A stretch of 64,000 nucleotides of DNA, taken from assembly GCA_043228905.1 (NCBI GenBank), contig JBHGNT010000013.1, forward strand, positions 17,608,001 to 17,672,000, in the 5' to 3' direction. The DNA is from Azolla caroliniana (taxonomy: Eukaryota; Plantae; Polypodiophyta). Made by a program: the position numbers and the translations under genes. The notes under the pieces are model-generated. The model made no database searches. It was not told the DNA's origin and saw only the letters and a list, made by a program, of their open reading frames with translations. Shown piece after piece: positions 1 to 15,900 of this stretch (the stretch's first letter is position 1; every line of letters begins with the position of its first letter).

Positions 1-151
1 TGGAGGAAATAGCATGAAAAGATGTCATAAGGGTTCTAGTAGGTAATCAAGAAGATATACATCCATTATACTTAAAGTCAAATGTGCCATCTACACTAGT
101 CTACATCTCCATTTGCAAACCAAGATATGTTTCCACTTCCATTATTACTAC

Positions 152-957
152 CTGTAGTACCCCATCATCTCCATGAAAAATCTTCAGCTTTGCATAATGA
201 TAATTATCCTGAAAATTTATGTCCATTTCAACCTCCTTAAAACTATCAGTATGTATAGGATCGACGGATTTCACAGAGCTTCTCCAATCACCAATATTTA
301 AATTACTGCTTTTGAGCATAAGATCCTGAATTTCCACAGAAAAGAAAGGCTCTGTAAGGTCAGCATACACAGATACATTCCCTCCACGTTCAATGTGCAC
401 ACCATTTTCGGGTGCAGTTGCTGCATAGGCAATAACATATACAATCAAAACAAGAAACAGTAAGAAAGGCATGATTGAGATAAGTCATAAAATCCAGCAC
501 TTACCTTCTGAAGCAGCACTTAGATTTACTGTAATATTTGACTCAAGAAGATTGTACACACGTATTGTCGGAAGAATCACTAGTTCTAGCTGTTCTTGGA
601 GGGTTGCACCTGAGCCAGCTGCTTGGTATTTATCATTATCTTTCATAGATGTCAATGGAATAAGCCTCCGCGTGATCTGAACAAACAGATGCACTCCACG
701 TAAACTTTTTTCATGACTCTCATCTATTCTTGTGCTACATAAAACTGTTCCAAAAGAATGCCGAGAAGTACGGCCTTTGATAGTTTTTGTCAGACCATAC
801 TTAAGCTTCTCAAGGAAACCTGAAATACGGAATGGTTTCAGTCCCTTGATATCCTCTGACCACTCAAACATGGTTTGCTTGATGTCTTCATCAGCTGAAG
901 TATGACAGAATCCAGGGACAGAGGACGACGCTGGGCGTATGGATAAAAGGTAATTCC
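152..957 (-). CDS. VPS13: VPS13-like exons 17 (505-957) and 18 (152-420)
   Basis: ORFs 485..994 and 101..472 trimmed at GT-AG sites, in phase. Confidence 0.85.
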
Positions 958-3900
958 CTGCAGGAAGCAAGACCCATGAACATTGTGAGTTCACACATCA
1001 GAATACTGAAGTACAAACTACTATGAGCTTATGCTTGAAGACTTCTCGTATTTGAGATAATGGGACTTCCAAAGTGCAGTCTCAATCTTGGAGGGCCAGA
1101 TAGTTGCTGACACGTCACAGACAACTGTACACAAAGAATAGCAGCGAATCTTACATCATATATCTGGATTCTAGAAGCATCCAGAAGCGTAGAAATTTAA
1201 CTTCTAGTTTTAGTACCCTAATGTAGACCTACTGTAACCCAAAACCTTAGTGTTTGCTTCCCAGAGGGTAAAATTCCTTAGCTCTTAATTTGTACTAGTT
1301 GGGATGAGCTATAAATGAGTATTGTGAAAAGCAAGTGAGAAATTCTTTGATATTCAGGTTCATAACAATCGGAGCGGTTTAGTTTGGTTCAAGAGTGTCA
1401 AACTCAAACCATTTAAAACTGAACCGTTTAAAAAAGTGAAACTTAAACTGAACCAAACCACGAAACTGTTAAAACTGAACCATTATAAAAAAATCAAGCC
1501 CAAACCAAATGGTTTTAGAGGTTTTCAAGTTTGGTCAAAATTCAAAATTAGACAATTTTTCTTAAAATATCAAAATTAGGCTTTAAAATGAAAAGCTTGT
1601 TCAAAAGAATATTCGAGAAAATAATCAACTGTCAACCCTAAACCATCAAACTGGTTAAACTGTTTAAACGACAATTTCAAACCGTTTAAATCGGAAATTG
1701 TTAAGCTGATAAAGGCTAAAATCGAACCAAACTGAACCAAACCGTTGACACCCCAAACCTGAACTGGAATCGAACTGAACCATTTAAACTGTTAAGCCAT
1801 GGTTCACAGCTCAGTTCGGTTCAAACCGAACCATTGCTGATTGCTAATTCAGGAGTAGAAAGAAGACTCTAAAAGACCATATAGCCTAGTAGACTTCACC
1901 AAAATTGCAAAAGAATGAACGAAAGATATATTAATATCTTTTACGGGGCCAAAATGGCCTATAAAACCAATCAAGAGATTACATCATAAGTGTTGTCTCA
2001 TCTTTGAGAACAGCAAATCAAAATCAAAAAAATATTTCTAAGTAAATATAAAAGTAAATAAGATAAAGTGAGACTAAAGAATCTGGTTTTCAGCACATGT
2101 AAGATTCTCAAGTTAGATATATAATAGCTTTTCTCTTCAAAAGAACACTAGCATAGGTTGATCCAGAATGGAGAGGCCTCCAAAGCGAGGGAGGCGCCTG
2201 TGATGGCGGGAGATAATGGCCTTTATCTATGGATGAGAAGGGCGGTATAGAAACAAATGATAGCCTCCTAAAACTAAATAACTTGAAATGCAGAAAGAAA
2301 AAAATAGTCTATGAGGCCAGAATAGGTTATGAGACCAAATGAGAAAGAAAGATCAGAGACCTGACCAAGGTTACAAAGAAAAAACAAATGCTAGCTTCCT
2401 AAAACAAATTGTCTACGAGACGGAATGAGAGATGAAATCTTAAAATTTTGTCTCGTCTTTGAGAACAAACCAAAATAGATATACAGAAGTTACCAGAGAA
2501 TCACGTTAGCCAAGGCAGAAGAAAGAAAGAAAGAAAGTTCTATCAATGCCTTTTAAGAGGAGACTACAAGACTGTGCAAGAGATTACGGTTTTAAATGGT
2601 ATCTGGTATTTGACAGCAACAAAAAAATACATGTGACTACATATAAGGTATTAATGAATCTAGTTATTTAAATACTTAAAATTCTGAACTAAGATGGACT
2701 TTGAAAATTTGCCAACATGGGCAGCTCCCAGATGGAGAGACTCCAAACTGAGGGAAGACAGCAAGAAAGCAATATTATGAAGAAAATAAGAAGGCAAAAC
2801 TACTAGCTAAAAACTGAAGAATGTATACGATGTGCATTCAGAAATTAAAATGGAAACCTATTTTCAGATGGAAGAATGTATTGCCTCGATCTGAATTCCA
2901 ACCATCAATACGATCCATAGCTAGTACTGAAATTTATTCAGGAAGGTGGAAACGTGATGTGCCTCTTCAACAACTAAGCAGAAAAAACTAGTGTTCTGTC
3001 ATGCACACGCTCCTGCCAAAGATAAAAGTACCTAGATTAAAAGATGATAATGTCTTTCTTTTTTCCCCTTCCATATTCATCGCATTGAATGCTCCCACCG
3101 AATCATCAATTGCATCCCCTTTTTTCAAAATGACAACCACACCATCATTATCATTGTTTGACCTGCGGCATCGCAGCTCCAGCACAAGTCCGCTGGCATT
3201 ATAAATGCGTACCATTGGCGATACAGTCATGAGAATGCCGTTCTGCACATCGGTATTCCAGAAAACCTATTAAGGAAGAATCCAATTACAAGCAAATAGG
3301 AAAAGAAACAAATGAGTCTATTTTCCTTCAACCTGGCTTTCATTAGATACATCAACCACAAGTATAGGTCCAGGAGATCTTCTACGTCCTGTTCAAAAGT
3401 TGAAATAGCATGTAATCAAGGAGATCAAATTTCAATCACAATCATAGACTCTTAATGGGTACCTTTTTTGCTTTCTACTCGTGTCCGAACAGCTGTAGTT
3501 CTTGGATCTGTTAGAGAGAGATCAACAGGAGAAGAAAGGCCACCTTCTGCATCCTCGAGATGTAAAGAGACAGATGATAATACTTGTGTAGGAAACAAAT
3601 CTCTTCGGGAGGTCATATTCCTTATCACCAGACACAATTTCCATAGAAACTTATATATTCATATTCTTTTACAGAAACAGAAGCCTGGAATAAATATTTT
3701 GTGAGATCATAAAGTTACCTTATAAGAAAAGTATCTGTTTTTCCGGCAGGAATTCTCATAGTCCCTTTCAAGTTCTTGTCATAAAAGGTGCAGCAAAGTT
3801 CAAGTCCTGTCTGATTTTCAACCTGCACAACATCTTCATACAGTGAATTAGAGAATTTATCCATTGTTTGACTGCATAAGCATGGGAATGAGAAAACTTA

Positions 3901-6900
3901 CCAGCACCATCTACGACATAACATAACAGTGCCACCTTCTATCCATAATCTTCTAGTGTAGCACGGGTATACTGCCATCTTGAGAATTTATAACATGCAA
4001 GGAATTCACTCAACTGATAAAGGTCTGAACCCTACCGCACATATGACCACTGCCTAAGCAACCTTATACATCAACATGCTGCCATACGGTGAAGATATTT
4101 TCCTGGGCTATTTTGTAATTTCTAAATATTGTTTTTGAGTTCTTTAGTGGTCATTTGCATTAATACACACATATATAGGCCATAAGTGAATGTATCCATA
4201 TCCATAAATACAGATTCAAATTGAACTAGTTCATTTTTCTTTTACAATTATTTTATCTTGAATTCCCATTCCATTCCCCCTCCCAAATTACTTGGCAGTG
4301 AAGCTTGTTGAGACCATGGTCATGGACTTGAAATACCATCAACACATGTTAAGAGGTAAGCTCTCTTCAGTATAGCAGGAGAAAGCCAGGTAATTGATTC
4401 AGTCTAGAAGGATCAAGGGTTTTGCGTCGATATACTAACTCGGCGGATTTGTAACATTCACCATGCTAGAGAGACAATGTTAACCATAGTTTCAGGAGTT
4501 TCTTGCACAAGGTGGTATTAGTATGTAAGGGTTTCTTCTTTTGCATATATCTGGAATATCAGAACAAAGATTGGGGCATCAAAATTCTAATTGCTTCAGC
4601 ATGGACGATGGAAAGAATGAAAGATATATTAACGCCTTTTAGGAGGCCAAAATGGCCTATTAGACCAAACCAAAATAAATGTAACTAAGTAAAAAAGTAA
4701 ATAAAAATATGAGTGACTGAAGAATATGGGAGGAGATGAGTCTAGGTCTCTCAACCTAAGGCTTTAATCATACATTTCATAAATATGGAAAAGAAAAACG
4801 ACTCCCTATCCAATAGAAGGGAACTCAAGGGCAACAAAATATATTAACATTCTAGCTCAACTAGCACACCACAAAGAAAACAGGCCACAAGTGCTTGATG
4901 AAGGACGGGATGGCAGGATTTTATTACAGAGAACAAAGTTGCACGATGGTGTATAGCCTATGCGACCTCCCGCATGAGAGCGCAGAATCGTAACAGTTCT
5001 TTGAAGACAAGTGCTAGTTAACTTGAAGATACCTTCAAGAACACAAATATTGCAATGTACATAGAGACACACCAGTGCACTACCAGTAAATTCCCTGCCG
5101 CACAGAGACACATCAGTGCTCTACCAGTAAATTCCCTGCTGGACAGGGATGTTGATGGGAGTCAGTATTCCGTTGTCAGCCACACATTCTGAGAAGCATT
5201 ACAGGCTCCAGTGGTGTGGCTGTCTTGTACAAAGAGGATCTCCATGATAGAGTTTTTGTTTGTGCATAAGGATGTCAGTGCATGTTATGTGCTGGTATGA
5301 ATTCACAGAGGATCTTAGAAAGTTACATTGCAACTTGCTACTTTAAATCAGCTTACTCAAGGTTGGTACCTCAAGAATCACTGTATTTTCTGTTATACAA
5401 TGATATTGTAGAAATTGATAGTACACAAGATATAGTACTATTAAAGGGCTTGAATGCACATTCACCCCATGATGAACATTTTGAGAGGGCAACAACTTCA
5501 ACTCCAATGTCAAGCCAAAACCTGATGGTTCGTTATTCACACCATTTAGTTTTATGTAGCTCAGAGGAGAAAGGATTTTTTCTTATGCTTTTTATTTGTG
5601 ACATGCTTTCTCTTCTAAAGATCTCTAGCATAGGTCGATCCAGAATAGAGAGGTCTTCAAAGAAAGAAAGATATATTAACGTCTTTTAAGAGGCCAAAAT
5701 GGCCCTATAAGACCAAACAAGAGATTACATCTAAGTGTTGTCTCGTCTTTGAGAACAACAAATCAAAAAAAGAAGAAGTAAATAATACTCTGTAAATATA
5801 AAAGTATAGAAGAGACGGAAGCACCTGCGATGGCGTGAAATAATGGCCTTAATCTATCAATGACAAGGGTGGTGAAATCATTGTCCATGGGGCTGGGACC
5901 TACGTGCAAGACAAATTGCTATTGCCCAATCTATTGTAACCCCTTTGTTATGTCCTTTTTGGGAGTCCATTTGTGAAGCCCTTAATTGATTTGTAGCATC
6001 AGTAGGAGTGATGGCACTAGAGAAAGTTGTGATTGTTCTTTGTGGATAAGCTTGTGTAGCTGTACTATTGTCCTTCAATAACTTTTCCCTATGTCTCTGG
6101 AGTTCCAGCAAGAAAAGTCCTAGGCACCATTTGTCCTCATATTCCATTACCTTGCAATGGCCCAAAGCCTTGTTTAAAGAGGCAATGGTATCTCCCTCTT
6201 ATTTCATAAAAGACACTGCAGGGACAAACATAGTGGTCTTCAGACTGTACTCCTTGCTGACACAATTGGGAAATTCTTTCTTCTAGAGGTATTCGTGCAT
6301 ATCTGCCTACCTCAATCTCTAACTGATGTGATGAAGTTCGCAGCTGCCCTATCACACTACATAGCAGAGGATAGATGTATGTCTATATAAGGTGGTCTAT
6401 GATGAATCCATCTTCCGATGTGTGTGAAAAGTGTCTTATAGTGGGCCATCTTCATACTGAGTGTTACAAGGGCATCGTGACCATGAAGACATGGTCTATA
6501 CAATTTCTAAAGACATCTTCTTCCACACAAGGGTACAAGACACAATCACAAATTACAGACTTCTATAGGTTCATACCACTACCAAGTGTCACCAAACAAA
6601 CTTGTGACACGATTCATTATGCTTTTCAATAAAGAATGGTATGCTGACAAGAATGAATTGCAAATTACAGACTTCATGTGGTTCGTATCACTACCTAGTG
6701 CAACCAAACAAACAAGTGTGACACAAGATTCAGCATACTTTCTGATAAAGAATAGTGCACAGACAAGAAACAATCATGAATTACAGACTTTTAAAGGTTC
6801 ATACCGCTACCTAGGGCCACCAAATAAACCTGTAACACAAGATGCAGCATACTTTCCGATAAAGAATGGTATGCAGACAAGACAACTTGAAGCATTAATG

Positions 6901-9900
6901 TGTTTATTAAAACATAGAGTTAAACTACTGAATTATCACTTACCAAGCAACGACTAGCAGAGATAGGGGAATGCTTCAATGTGTAGGGACCAGAAATGTT
7001 TAGCTCTCCAATAATAAAGAGTATCATATCGAGTGAGTAGTCACTTATGACAGCGTCTACCTGGGAAATATAGAGAGTTTTTTGGTTATGTTAACAGGTT
7101 GACAGTATAGTAACAATGATGAGTTATCTCGTGAAGTGATGTTCACATTACCCTATCAAACCTAACAAATAAAAATGCTGAGGAATTAGGTTTTGGAGCT
7201 TTGTCATTCATGTTCATTCGCATGTGGTAGAATATTTCTGTATCAATAGGTTGAATTACCATTGACCTGTAATAAAAAAAAGTTCATTTAATGAGCTTTA
7301 AAGTGACTAAAGCATAACCTTCATTTTCAGATTTTCAAACCAATCAGATAAATATGCGGAATGCATCAGAAAGATGGAAATAATGACTTTTAAAAGGCCA
7401 AATGGCTTATAAGAAATTACATCTTAAAATGTCATCTCATCTTTAACCTACATTCATGCACATCGCAATTGCCAGATCTATGTAACCCATTTTTTATGTT
7501 CTAGTTGAGAGCCCACTTGTGTAGCCCTTATGGACTTGTAGCATGTGGAGTCATGGAGCTAAAGAAAGAAGTGGTGGTTTTCTGTTGATGAACTATCATA
7601 TGACTCTAGGACCAATCTAAGGAAAGAGTGACTAGGAATACTTTTTTTGCTTCAAAAAGGGGGGGACTATTAACTGTGCCATAACAATTGCCAAGTATCA
7701 TGATTCTAAACCAAGTACATAAGTAGGATATACATCACCAGCATGAGAAAAATCAATACTGAGTGGGCATGGAGCAGATGATATGGCAATGAGAATCTCA
7801 CTCTCAAACTTGATAAATATATCTTCATAAGTGGATTTACGCCCAACTATCGCAGTCCAACCAAATGCCTACTGGCAGACCCACGGAGTACCTCTGAGAC
7901 TAAGGTTGAAAAAACGTCAAAAGTATGATTTGTGTATGTTTGATGCAAATATGCAATACTGCACATGTTTGAACTAGGATTTTGGTAAAACCAAATATTT
8001 GTTCAAATTAAATTCATAGTACGCAAAAGAACTGCAAATTCATAGTAATAAAATCATTATAACAATGAAGTTTTACGTAGATTTCATGAATAATGATATG
8101 CAAATATTGGCTTTTTTTCAGAAGAATTCCTTTTAGTGTACTTCAAAAGTTATATACTAAAATTAGGTTATCTTTCAATGAGAGGCGATGAAGAAATACC
8201 ATCTATTGACATGGGCTTCGAAATATTCAAAAATCATCTTGCACTCTCCCATCATCCTTATCTTTAATGGAAGTATATGTATAACAGATTTGACATTTTC
8301 TAGGCGCCCTCTAAGCAATGGATGGATATGTTTCCCATGTCCTGTCTCATGTAAAAGCATAATTGACGCTCTGCCGACATTTATCTCTATCTTTGGAACA
8401 CTGACCAATACAGAAGGATTGAGTGTCTCTAACTCTTCAGAATTTCCCTTGAAGCTTGGCAATCTGCCCTCCTCACTTGCTTTAGTATCTGATCTCAAGA
8501 TTTTGAACTTAAACAGACTTCCAGGTTTCTTAACCATCATTGGACTTCTGTTAGCTAAGGTTAATCCTTGTTTGCTCTTTTGATTTATAAGATACACCCA
8601 ATTCTCATATCGAATATCATATTGATCTATGTCCACATCATCTGCTCTTGCTGAATTTTTGTGTGGTAATGCTTGCCAAAGCTCCCACGATCCATCATGT
8701 ATGCTTGAGATATCAGCTAGACCAGATCCAGGATGATAATGTACTCGAAAACACTCACCATCAGCATTCTTCGCACCAAGCGACAGCAGCGAGAACCAAG
8801 ATGGGGATGAATTCATTTGGTGTTTGCTGTATTTGACCTAGAAATGGGAACAACTAATGAAATTACTAAAACACAAGATAACAATCATAAATGGAACATA
8901 TACTGGATACTCAAGTTAAACAAGAAATCCATGCCCTCAGGTATCATTTTTATAGATATCATAGACAAAAAGAACAATATTGAACCTTGAAAAGTGCCTG
9001 TTCACCAACGAGACTATAATGTAACACCCCAGTCAGCCGATAAGTATTATCTGTCTTTTCCACAGCCAGGTACAAATGTTCATACACGTCCTTGACAGCC
9101 ACAATGCAACCTTTTCTTGTAACAATGAAATAAAAAATAAGAAACTATCATGTCCATGTTGGTTAAGCACTCTAAATTCTTAAGAGTATACTTTAGAGAC
9201 TCCTTACCATCTGGGATTTCATATCGATAGCTTGAGAACCGCTGGGGTGTTGGTTGCATACTACTCAGTGTCTTCAGAGGATCTTTTCTGGGATGCACTG
9301 ACAAACTAGACAACGGCATAACTAGAGCAAAAATCAGCTGCATACCATGCAATATATGGATCAGTCCAGAGAGAGCACAGAGAATATAGAAGATAAGATG
9401 AACTTGCTAAACACTCTTTTTCTTGTACTTGTAGTACATAAACACCATTAAGTTTGTACCATGACGTCAAGACAAAATTAGACACTTAAGAGACAATCTC
9501 ACTAAATCATATACAGCATTCATCATATAAAGAAATGTTAACACATGTAGATGATTCAGCATGTAGGTTCAACATCTTGAATATAACGTAACATGTAAAC
9601 AAAGTATATTGTATTCCAGATACCTTTCCAACAGCAAAATTATATTGCAGATCAATGTATATCATGTCAAATGAGAATCAGAAATCATTTACCTCCAATT
9701 CAGCTGTTGTTATCCCAATATCAATGCCAACAAAAGAGCAATAACCCTTCCAGCCATCATCTGATACAGACCAACCTGAAGTCTTTCTTTCTATCTTAGA
9801 AGAAATTCTTAAGTTATCTAGGATATAATTATCTTTCTTCTCACTATCAATTGGCTTTTCATCAATGGTTTCTAACTCAGGAGGTATATTCTGAAAACTT

Positions 9901-12900
9901 CCGTCATCATGATCCCTGAAGAATGATGATGACTCTCCCAACTCTTTCGATAGCTGCATACTAACTGACTTATCATTCAACCCAAATTTAGGGACATAAT
10001 TCACTTGACCAGTATTAAGTGATCTTTCTGATGAAGCCTCTAGGCTGCATATAGAAATTTGTGTGGTATCAAAGTCGATAACTCTACCATTAAGATCACC
10101 CTGAAGTTTTGACATTGCATCAACCTCAAAAAACAAGCCTCTTAAATCTGCAACATGCAAAAATTAGTTTTAGACAGACACATATTCCCATGATTGTATG
10201 TTCCAACTTAAATACCTTTGCCTGTAGATGTAAAATTTGTTTGTGCCAGTAGTAAGCACATCTTTGAAATCTCAACAGAGAAACCTCCTGTTAACCATGG
10301 AAAATTATTGAAGAATGTTTTCTCATGTATGTATGATTTCCCCAGCATTGAGTTAAGATCTTGCTCTATTATCTGCTGCTGATTTTGTATCTTTTCAGGA
10401 GTCCATAATGAACCTTCAAAACAAGTTTGTTCCGCCAAAACTCGTTGGTTCGAATTGGATGGCAATACATTTTGTGTGTTATAATTTCTCAGACTACTCA
10501 GAAACGAGAATATCAGCTGGATTTCTTTTAGCATGATTGACAATGCCTCTATATTCAAAACTACCAAACCTCCCTGTGAGAAAAGTTATTGAATATGTGA
10601 ACATCTTTTATGAAGCATCACCAGAATATAAACTTAAAGCTGCCAATTATTGTATTCTGCTACCTTTGAAGACATGATGAAATTCTCATAATCACTTGAT
10701 AGAACAATGCTTATTAAGATATTTTTGGTGACTGATACCCTTGATAAGGTTCTATTTATCACATCGATTCGCATGCCATCTGTTAGATACAGATTCCTGA
10801 CTTCAAACTTTGCTACCATCTCAGTTCCAGCAGATTGCAATTGAAAATCCGTATTGGGATAGCTTTCAAGAGGATACCAAGGTAGTATAATGGTGGCAGA
10901 CAGTTGTTCAACACAAAATTGACACAATACAAGAGCTACAGATCCATTTATTTCCAAAAGTGGTACCTTAATAGAGTCTTCACTCCCCTCATTTTTCAAT
11001 TTTTTATTTACAAGCTTTATGATGGAAAGATTTGTCAATGCAAGCCCAGATGATAGAGATAACTCGCATCCATCCCCCCAAGAGAATTCTGCCCATAGTT
11101 CTTTTAAGAGAATACACACAGATTTCTCATCTATTTTTGTAATTTCTAGCTTCTTCGAATCACCTAATGCTACATTTTCCATCTCCTTCATTTTTTTTTT
11201 AAGCACTAAACTACTATCACGAATCTCTTTCTGGCTCTGAACAGCATCAGCATTGGTACTTTTGCCACCTAATATACACTCCAATCTTTCAACTTCAACC
11301 TTCAAGCAAAGACCAAAATATAAGGGAATAGTATGCTTTGATGTTGAAGCTTGATGGCTGAGATCAACAATCTCCACCGGTAATTTATTTTGTAAAGATT
11401 CATGCTTGTAGTTCCAATATGAAAATTTCTCAAAGAACCTAGAAATAGCTATTGAATCCTGCAGCAGCAGAAAGAAAAAAACTTATGCATAAATAAAAGA
11501 AATATTCTCTAAATTATACTCAGTAGTTACAGATAGTGTATTAATATACATTTTATTAGAACCACTTTCCCCCACATTTAGACAATCACTACCAATTTTT
11601 TCCTTAATAGAGTTTTCCGTTATCATTGTATTATAATTAAAGAGATTCAACGTGCTTGGCATTGGTGAATACAAACTGGGTCATACCATAATATCTGGTG
11701 TCAGACAAAAAAGTGCATTTTCCTAACATTGAGAATCAAATAACCAAGTTTGCAAAATAGATTAAAGAAAGAAAAATGAGGTAGGGTCCACTTTAAAGAG
11801 ATTCAACATGCGTGGCATTGGTGAATACAAACTGGGTCATACCATAATATCTGGTGTCAGACAAAAAAGTGCATTTTCCTAACATTGAGAATCAAATAAC
11901 CAAGTTTGCAAAATAGATTAAAGAAAGAAAAATGAGGTAGGGTCCACTTTAAAGAGATTCAACATGCGTGGTATTGGTGAATACAAACTGGGTCATACCA
12001 TAATATCTGGTGTTGGACAAAAAAGTGCATTTTCCTAACATTGAGAATCAAATAACCAAGTTTCCAAACTAGATTAAAGAAAGAAAAATAAGATAGGGTT
12101 CAGTACCCAGAGTTGTAGTAGTTGCAGTAAAACAATGACTATATAATGGTATTTTTATTTGTTTGGTTATATAACATTATATATAATCATATAGCTGCTG
12201 ATATCCTGATAGAGTCTAAGTAATTAGAAATAGAATACTATAAAAGAAAAGTCTGATTTCAAAGAAAACATAGCTTAGTACAAAATACCATGATTAAAAA
12301 TATTATCTTTTATACCCTTCCCGGCTACTTATTTTTTAATAATAAAAACCAGTATAGTTTATGTCTCTAAGAGCTAAAAATTCATTGTTTAACATCATGA
12401 TGTGATTTTACGGAATTTTTTCAATATAGATATGGAAGCCAACTAAACCTATTTAAATTGAAGTTATGGGTACTGCCAGACCTCTAACTTTATTAATTGA
12501 ATTGACAAAATTACCAACAAGGTTTGTCAAGACAAACTCGCAACCCGAATTCATAACCCAAGCTCCATACTACTGGGACAAATTCGACCTTAAAGCCTAT
12601 GGCAGAAGATTAGCATGTAATGGGTTCTATGATATTTGTCAACAATCACGAATTTGCAGGAATCAAACAGCCAAACTTGACCTCTCTAATAAAGACAAGC
12701 TCTGTGAAGGAGAATATTAAAGGTCCAAATATTATGACAACAGATAAAGCCCTGACAAGGTAGTTACTAGTGAGGATGCTAATTCTGAATCCTGGTCCAG
12801 TCCATGAGTGCTCCCACTGAATCCTGTCTTACTGTTGCTCCCAGATCGCCCTGTCCAAATGATCCCTTTCACTGCTCACTGGTCTGCTGAGCCTGCTCCC

Positions 12901-15900
12901 CTCTGACTGATTCCAAAGTTTGAAGGCTTTACCTTTTTTGTTTTTCTGTTTGGATCAGGCATCTTGGAAAAAACTTTCAAAGGATAGAGATATTGCCACA
13001 TACATAGAAACACACCAATGTGAAGGCATTCATTTACCAGAGATACCGAGGATTCGATAGGAATGAGTCTATATCCTCCACTGTACAATATAGGGGGGGC
13101 ACTAGAGGCTCTGGTGATGTAGCATTTATATACAAACTAGAGCTACATGTCATTTAGGTGGTACACAAAAACCAATAAATGTATCAAAGAAAGTTATAAC
13201 TATTACAAAGAGACAGCTCAGGATTCTATGATGAAATTATTCTAGCACAATCATCACAATATTATATAGCCTAAAATTATTCCAGACTGGATGGGCGCAG
13301 CATTTATGTACAAACTAGAAGAATAACATATAGTTCAGGTGGTAGACCCAAACCAATAAATCTATCAAACAAAGTGATGAACCTTGCAAAGAGAAAACTT
13401 AGAATTCTATTATGAATTTACAGAACTTGGGTGCAGCATTTATGTACAATGATGTTATCAATTATGATGTTATCGATGAGTTGAAAGGGGGAAGTAATGC
13501 AAGTGAACTACTCTATAGCAAAGCTGAATTTAACAAAGAATGCCATACCTGTAATATTATTTTTATTTCGTCCAGATGCATAGCTATTGGTATTGATGAA
13601 AATACAATCATTGCTGAAGCTGACATAATGTCATTCATTCCAGAAGCGGAAAAAAATTGGTCCCTGCAACAGGAAATGTTCATAACAGTTACAGCTATGG
13701 AATATTGTTTAGCAAAAGATATTGAGGCCATCATATAGAGACCCAAGAGAGAGGTTATGGGATGATAGACACACAACTTGCGGTGTATTCTCTCATAGTG
13801 ATGTTTTTCCAACACCACTCCCGTAGCAAGGTCGCCTCAAGTCTTCACAACAGCTTGCTAGGAGGGACATACTTCACATTGGTTGCTCATTTGGAGTGAA
13901 TCCCAAGGGTTTGGTACATACTATACACAAATAGCATCCTTCTAACAATCATCAAATGCAACCTCTCTCATCATGTCCCACTCAAACAGAGTCATACATG
14001 CCCCAGTTAGATACGAAAAGGGCATGGTTAGACCCTAACAAAAGGGACGAGGATGAATTTCCTCATCATTAAAAGGATGGTTTCATACTATGAATTAAAT
14101 ACATTGATTCCAGGTTACATGGATTGAGTAGATCTGATGAAATTCTTGTTAGAGTACTTACATTATACTAAAGCACCCAGATACTATACATTAATTCTGT
14201 GGAATGTCGGAAAAAACATTGCATTCTATATCATCTATCAGATGATGATGAATACCTGAGAGAAAGGAGATCGAAAGAAAAAAAGATATATTAACATCTT
14301 TTAAGAGGCTATAATAGCCTATAAGGCCAAACAAGAGATTACATCTTAAAATTCTGTATGGTCTTTGAGAACAACAAACCAAGATAAGTGCAACTACGCA
14401 GAAAAGATAATAGAAATAGACTAAGATGTGACTAGAGAATCTCATCACCTATACATCAAAGATTCTCAAATCAGATATATTGTATATAAAAAGAAAGATA
14501 TATTAACGACTTTTAGGATAGAGAGCTTATCTCGTGACATCTGCTAGAGAGCTTATGTGATATATCCAAATCCACGTCTTTGAAGATGTGGAGTTCAAGG
14601 AAGACGTCTGTTTGAGATACGTAGGATGTTATCTTGATGTTCACACCTTGGGCATAGGAGTCTAGAAAATGCATAAGAACTTTCTTTTCTCCATCCAAAA
14701 AGCCTTGAGCATCATCCATGTATCGTTTAAAGAACCTGACTTCAATTCTCTCTTCTTGCGCATTCTCTACAAAACATAGAAATAAGCATGCATAAACAAT
14801 GGCAAAGTTGCTACCCATTTCTGTTCCATGAATTTGTTGCTTGAATTCTCCAATGAACTCCAAATAATGATGTTGAAGTGTGAGGGAGGCGAGGGACATG
14901 ATGAGGTTGAGTTCACCAAGCGGGAAACAACCTTGTATCATGTTGTGCAGAGGATGTAATCCCTCGTAAGTGGGTATGCTAGGGTATAGCAATTCCACAT
15001 CGAAAGTAAAGAGTACTATATTCTTGGGTAGCCAAAGATCCTCTAGGTCTCGAACTAGGGGAAGTGAGTCTTCGAGATGTTGCTTTTTTCGTTGGAGTAT
15101 CAAATATAACTTGTCGTGGAGCCAGATGGAGGTATGCTCGAAGATAAAGCCATTGTATGAACATATAGGTCTCCCGACTTCCGGTGTTTTGTGGAGTTTT
15201 GGGAGAAAATAGAGTACATACTCTATATCTATTGTTTGGTGACATCTGATAAATGTACTCTAGTTGGCTGTGTAGCTCAACTAGTGGTATTGAGTCAATG
15301 TGTTTATAGACAACTCACTAAGTTGTCTATTTCCTTCTCGAACATACACTCAAGATTTTTATCGGCATGCATGATGATTATGTTTGGGGTCGATTTGAGG
15401 TTCTTGAGCTCATTGTGGAGGTGAGGAGAAAGCTTGAATTGCAGTAAACTTGTAGTTTTGATGGAGTCCAATATCGAAACCTACGTGGCCTAAATGATTC
15501 TTTGGAGAGGAACATGAACTAATGGAGGATTCCAATTCGGATTTGGGATCTGAAAGGGAGGTGGGGCTTGTTCCGAATTACGGAAGTACCATTAGAGGTG
15601 AAGTTGTCGACTAAAGTTCTGAAAATCTTTTTAGAGTTGCTATGTTCGAGGGGATTGGAAAGGAGGGATAAAGTTTAATCTTAAACCCAAAAGTTTAGAG
15701 TCGTGGTATGTCAAGGAGTAGGAAGAGAGATTGTGGATATCCTTATTGGTTATCCCACATTCAAGCTCCTCAACGGTTTTTTTAGAGAATAAATAGAGAC
15801 TATATTCTTTTGGGTTTAAGAGAGGAAGCCAAAAGGGAGTTCTTATTGATGGTGAGAACCGTTGTTTGGCAGTGCCGAATTGTTTGAATTCTTTATGGAA

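Noticed and set aside
4750-6500. Twin-priming 5' inversion of a single LINE
   Set aside because: The plus-strand 5' piece lies on the 3' side of the minus-strand piece, which is the wrong geometry; independent insertions are more likely.
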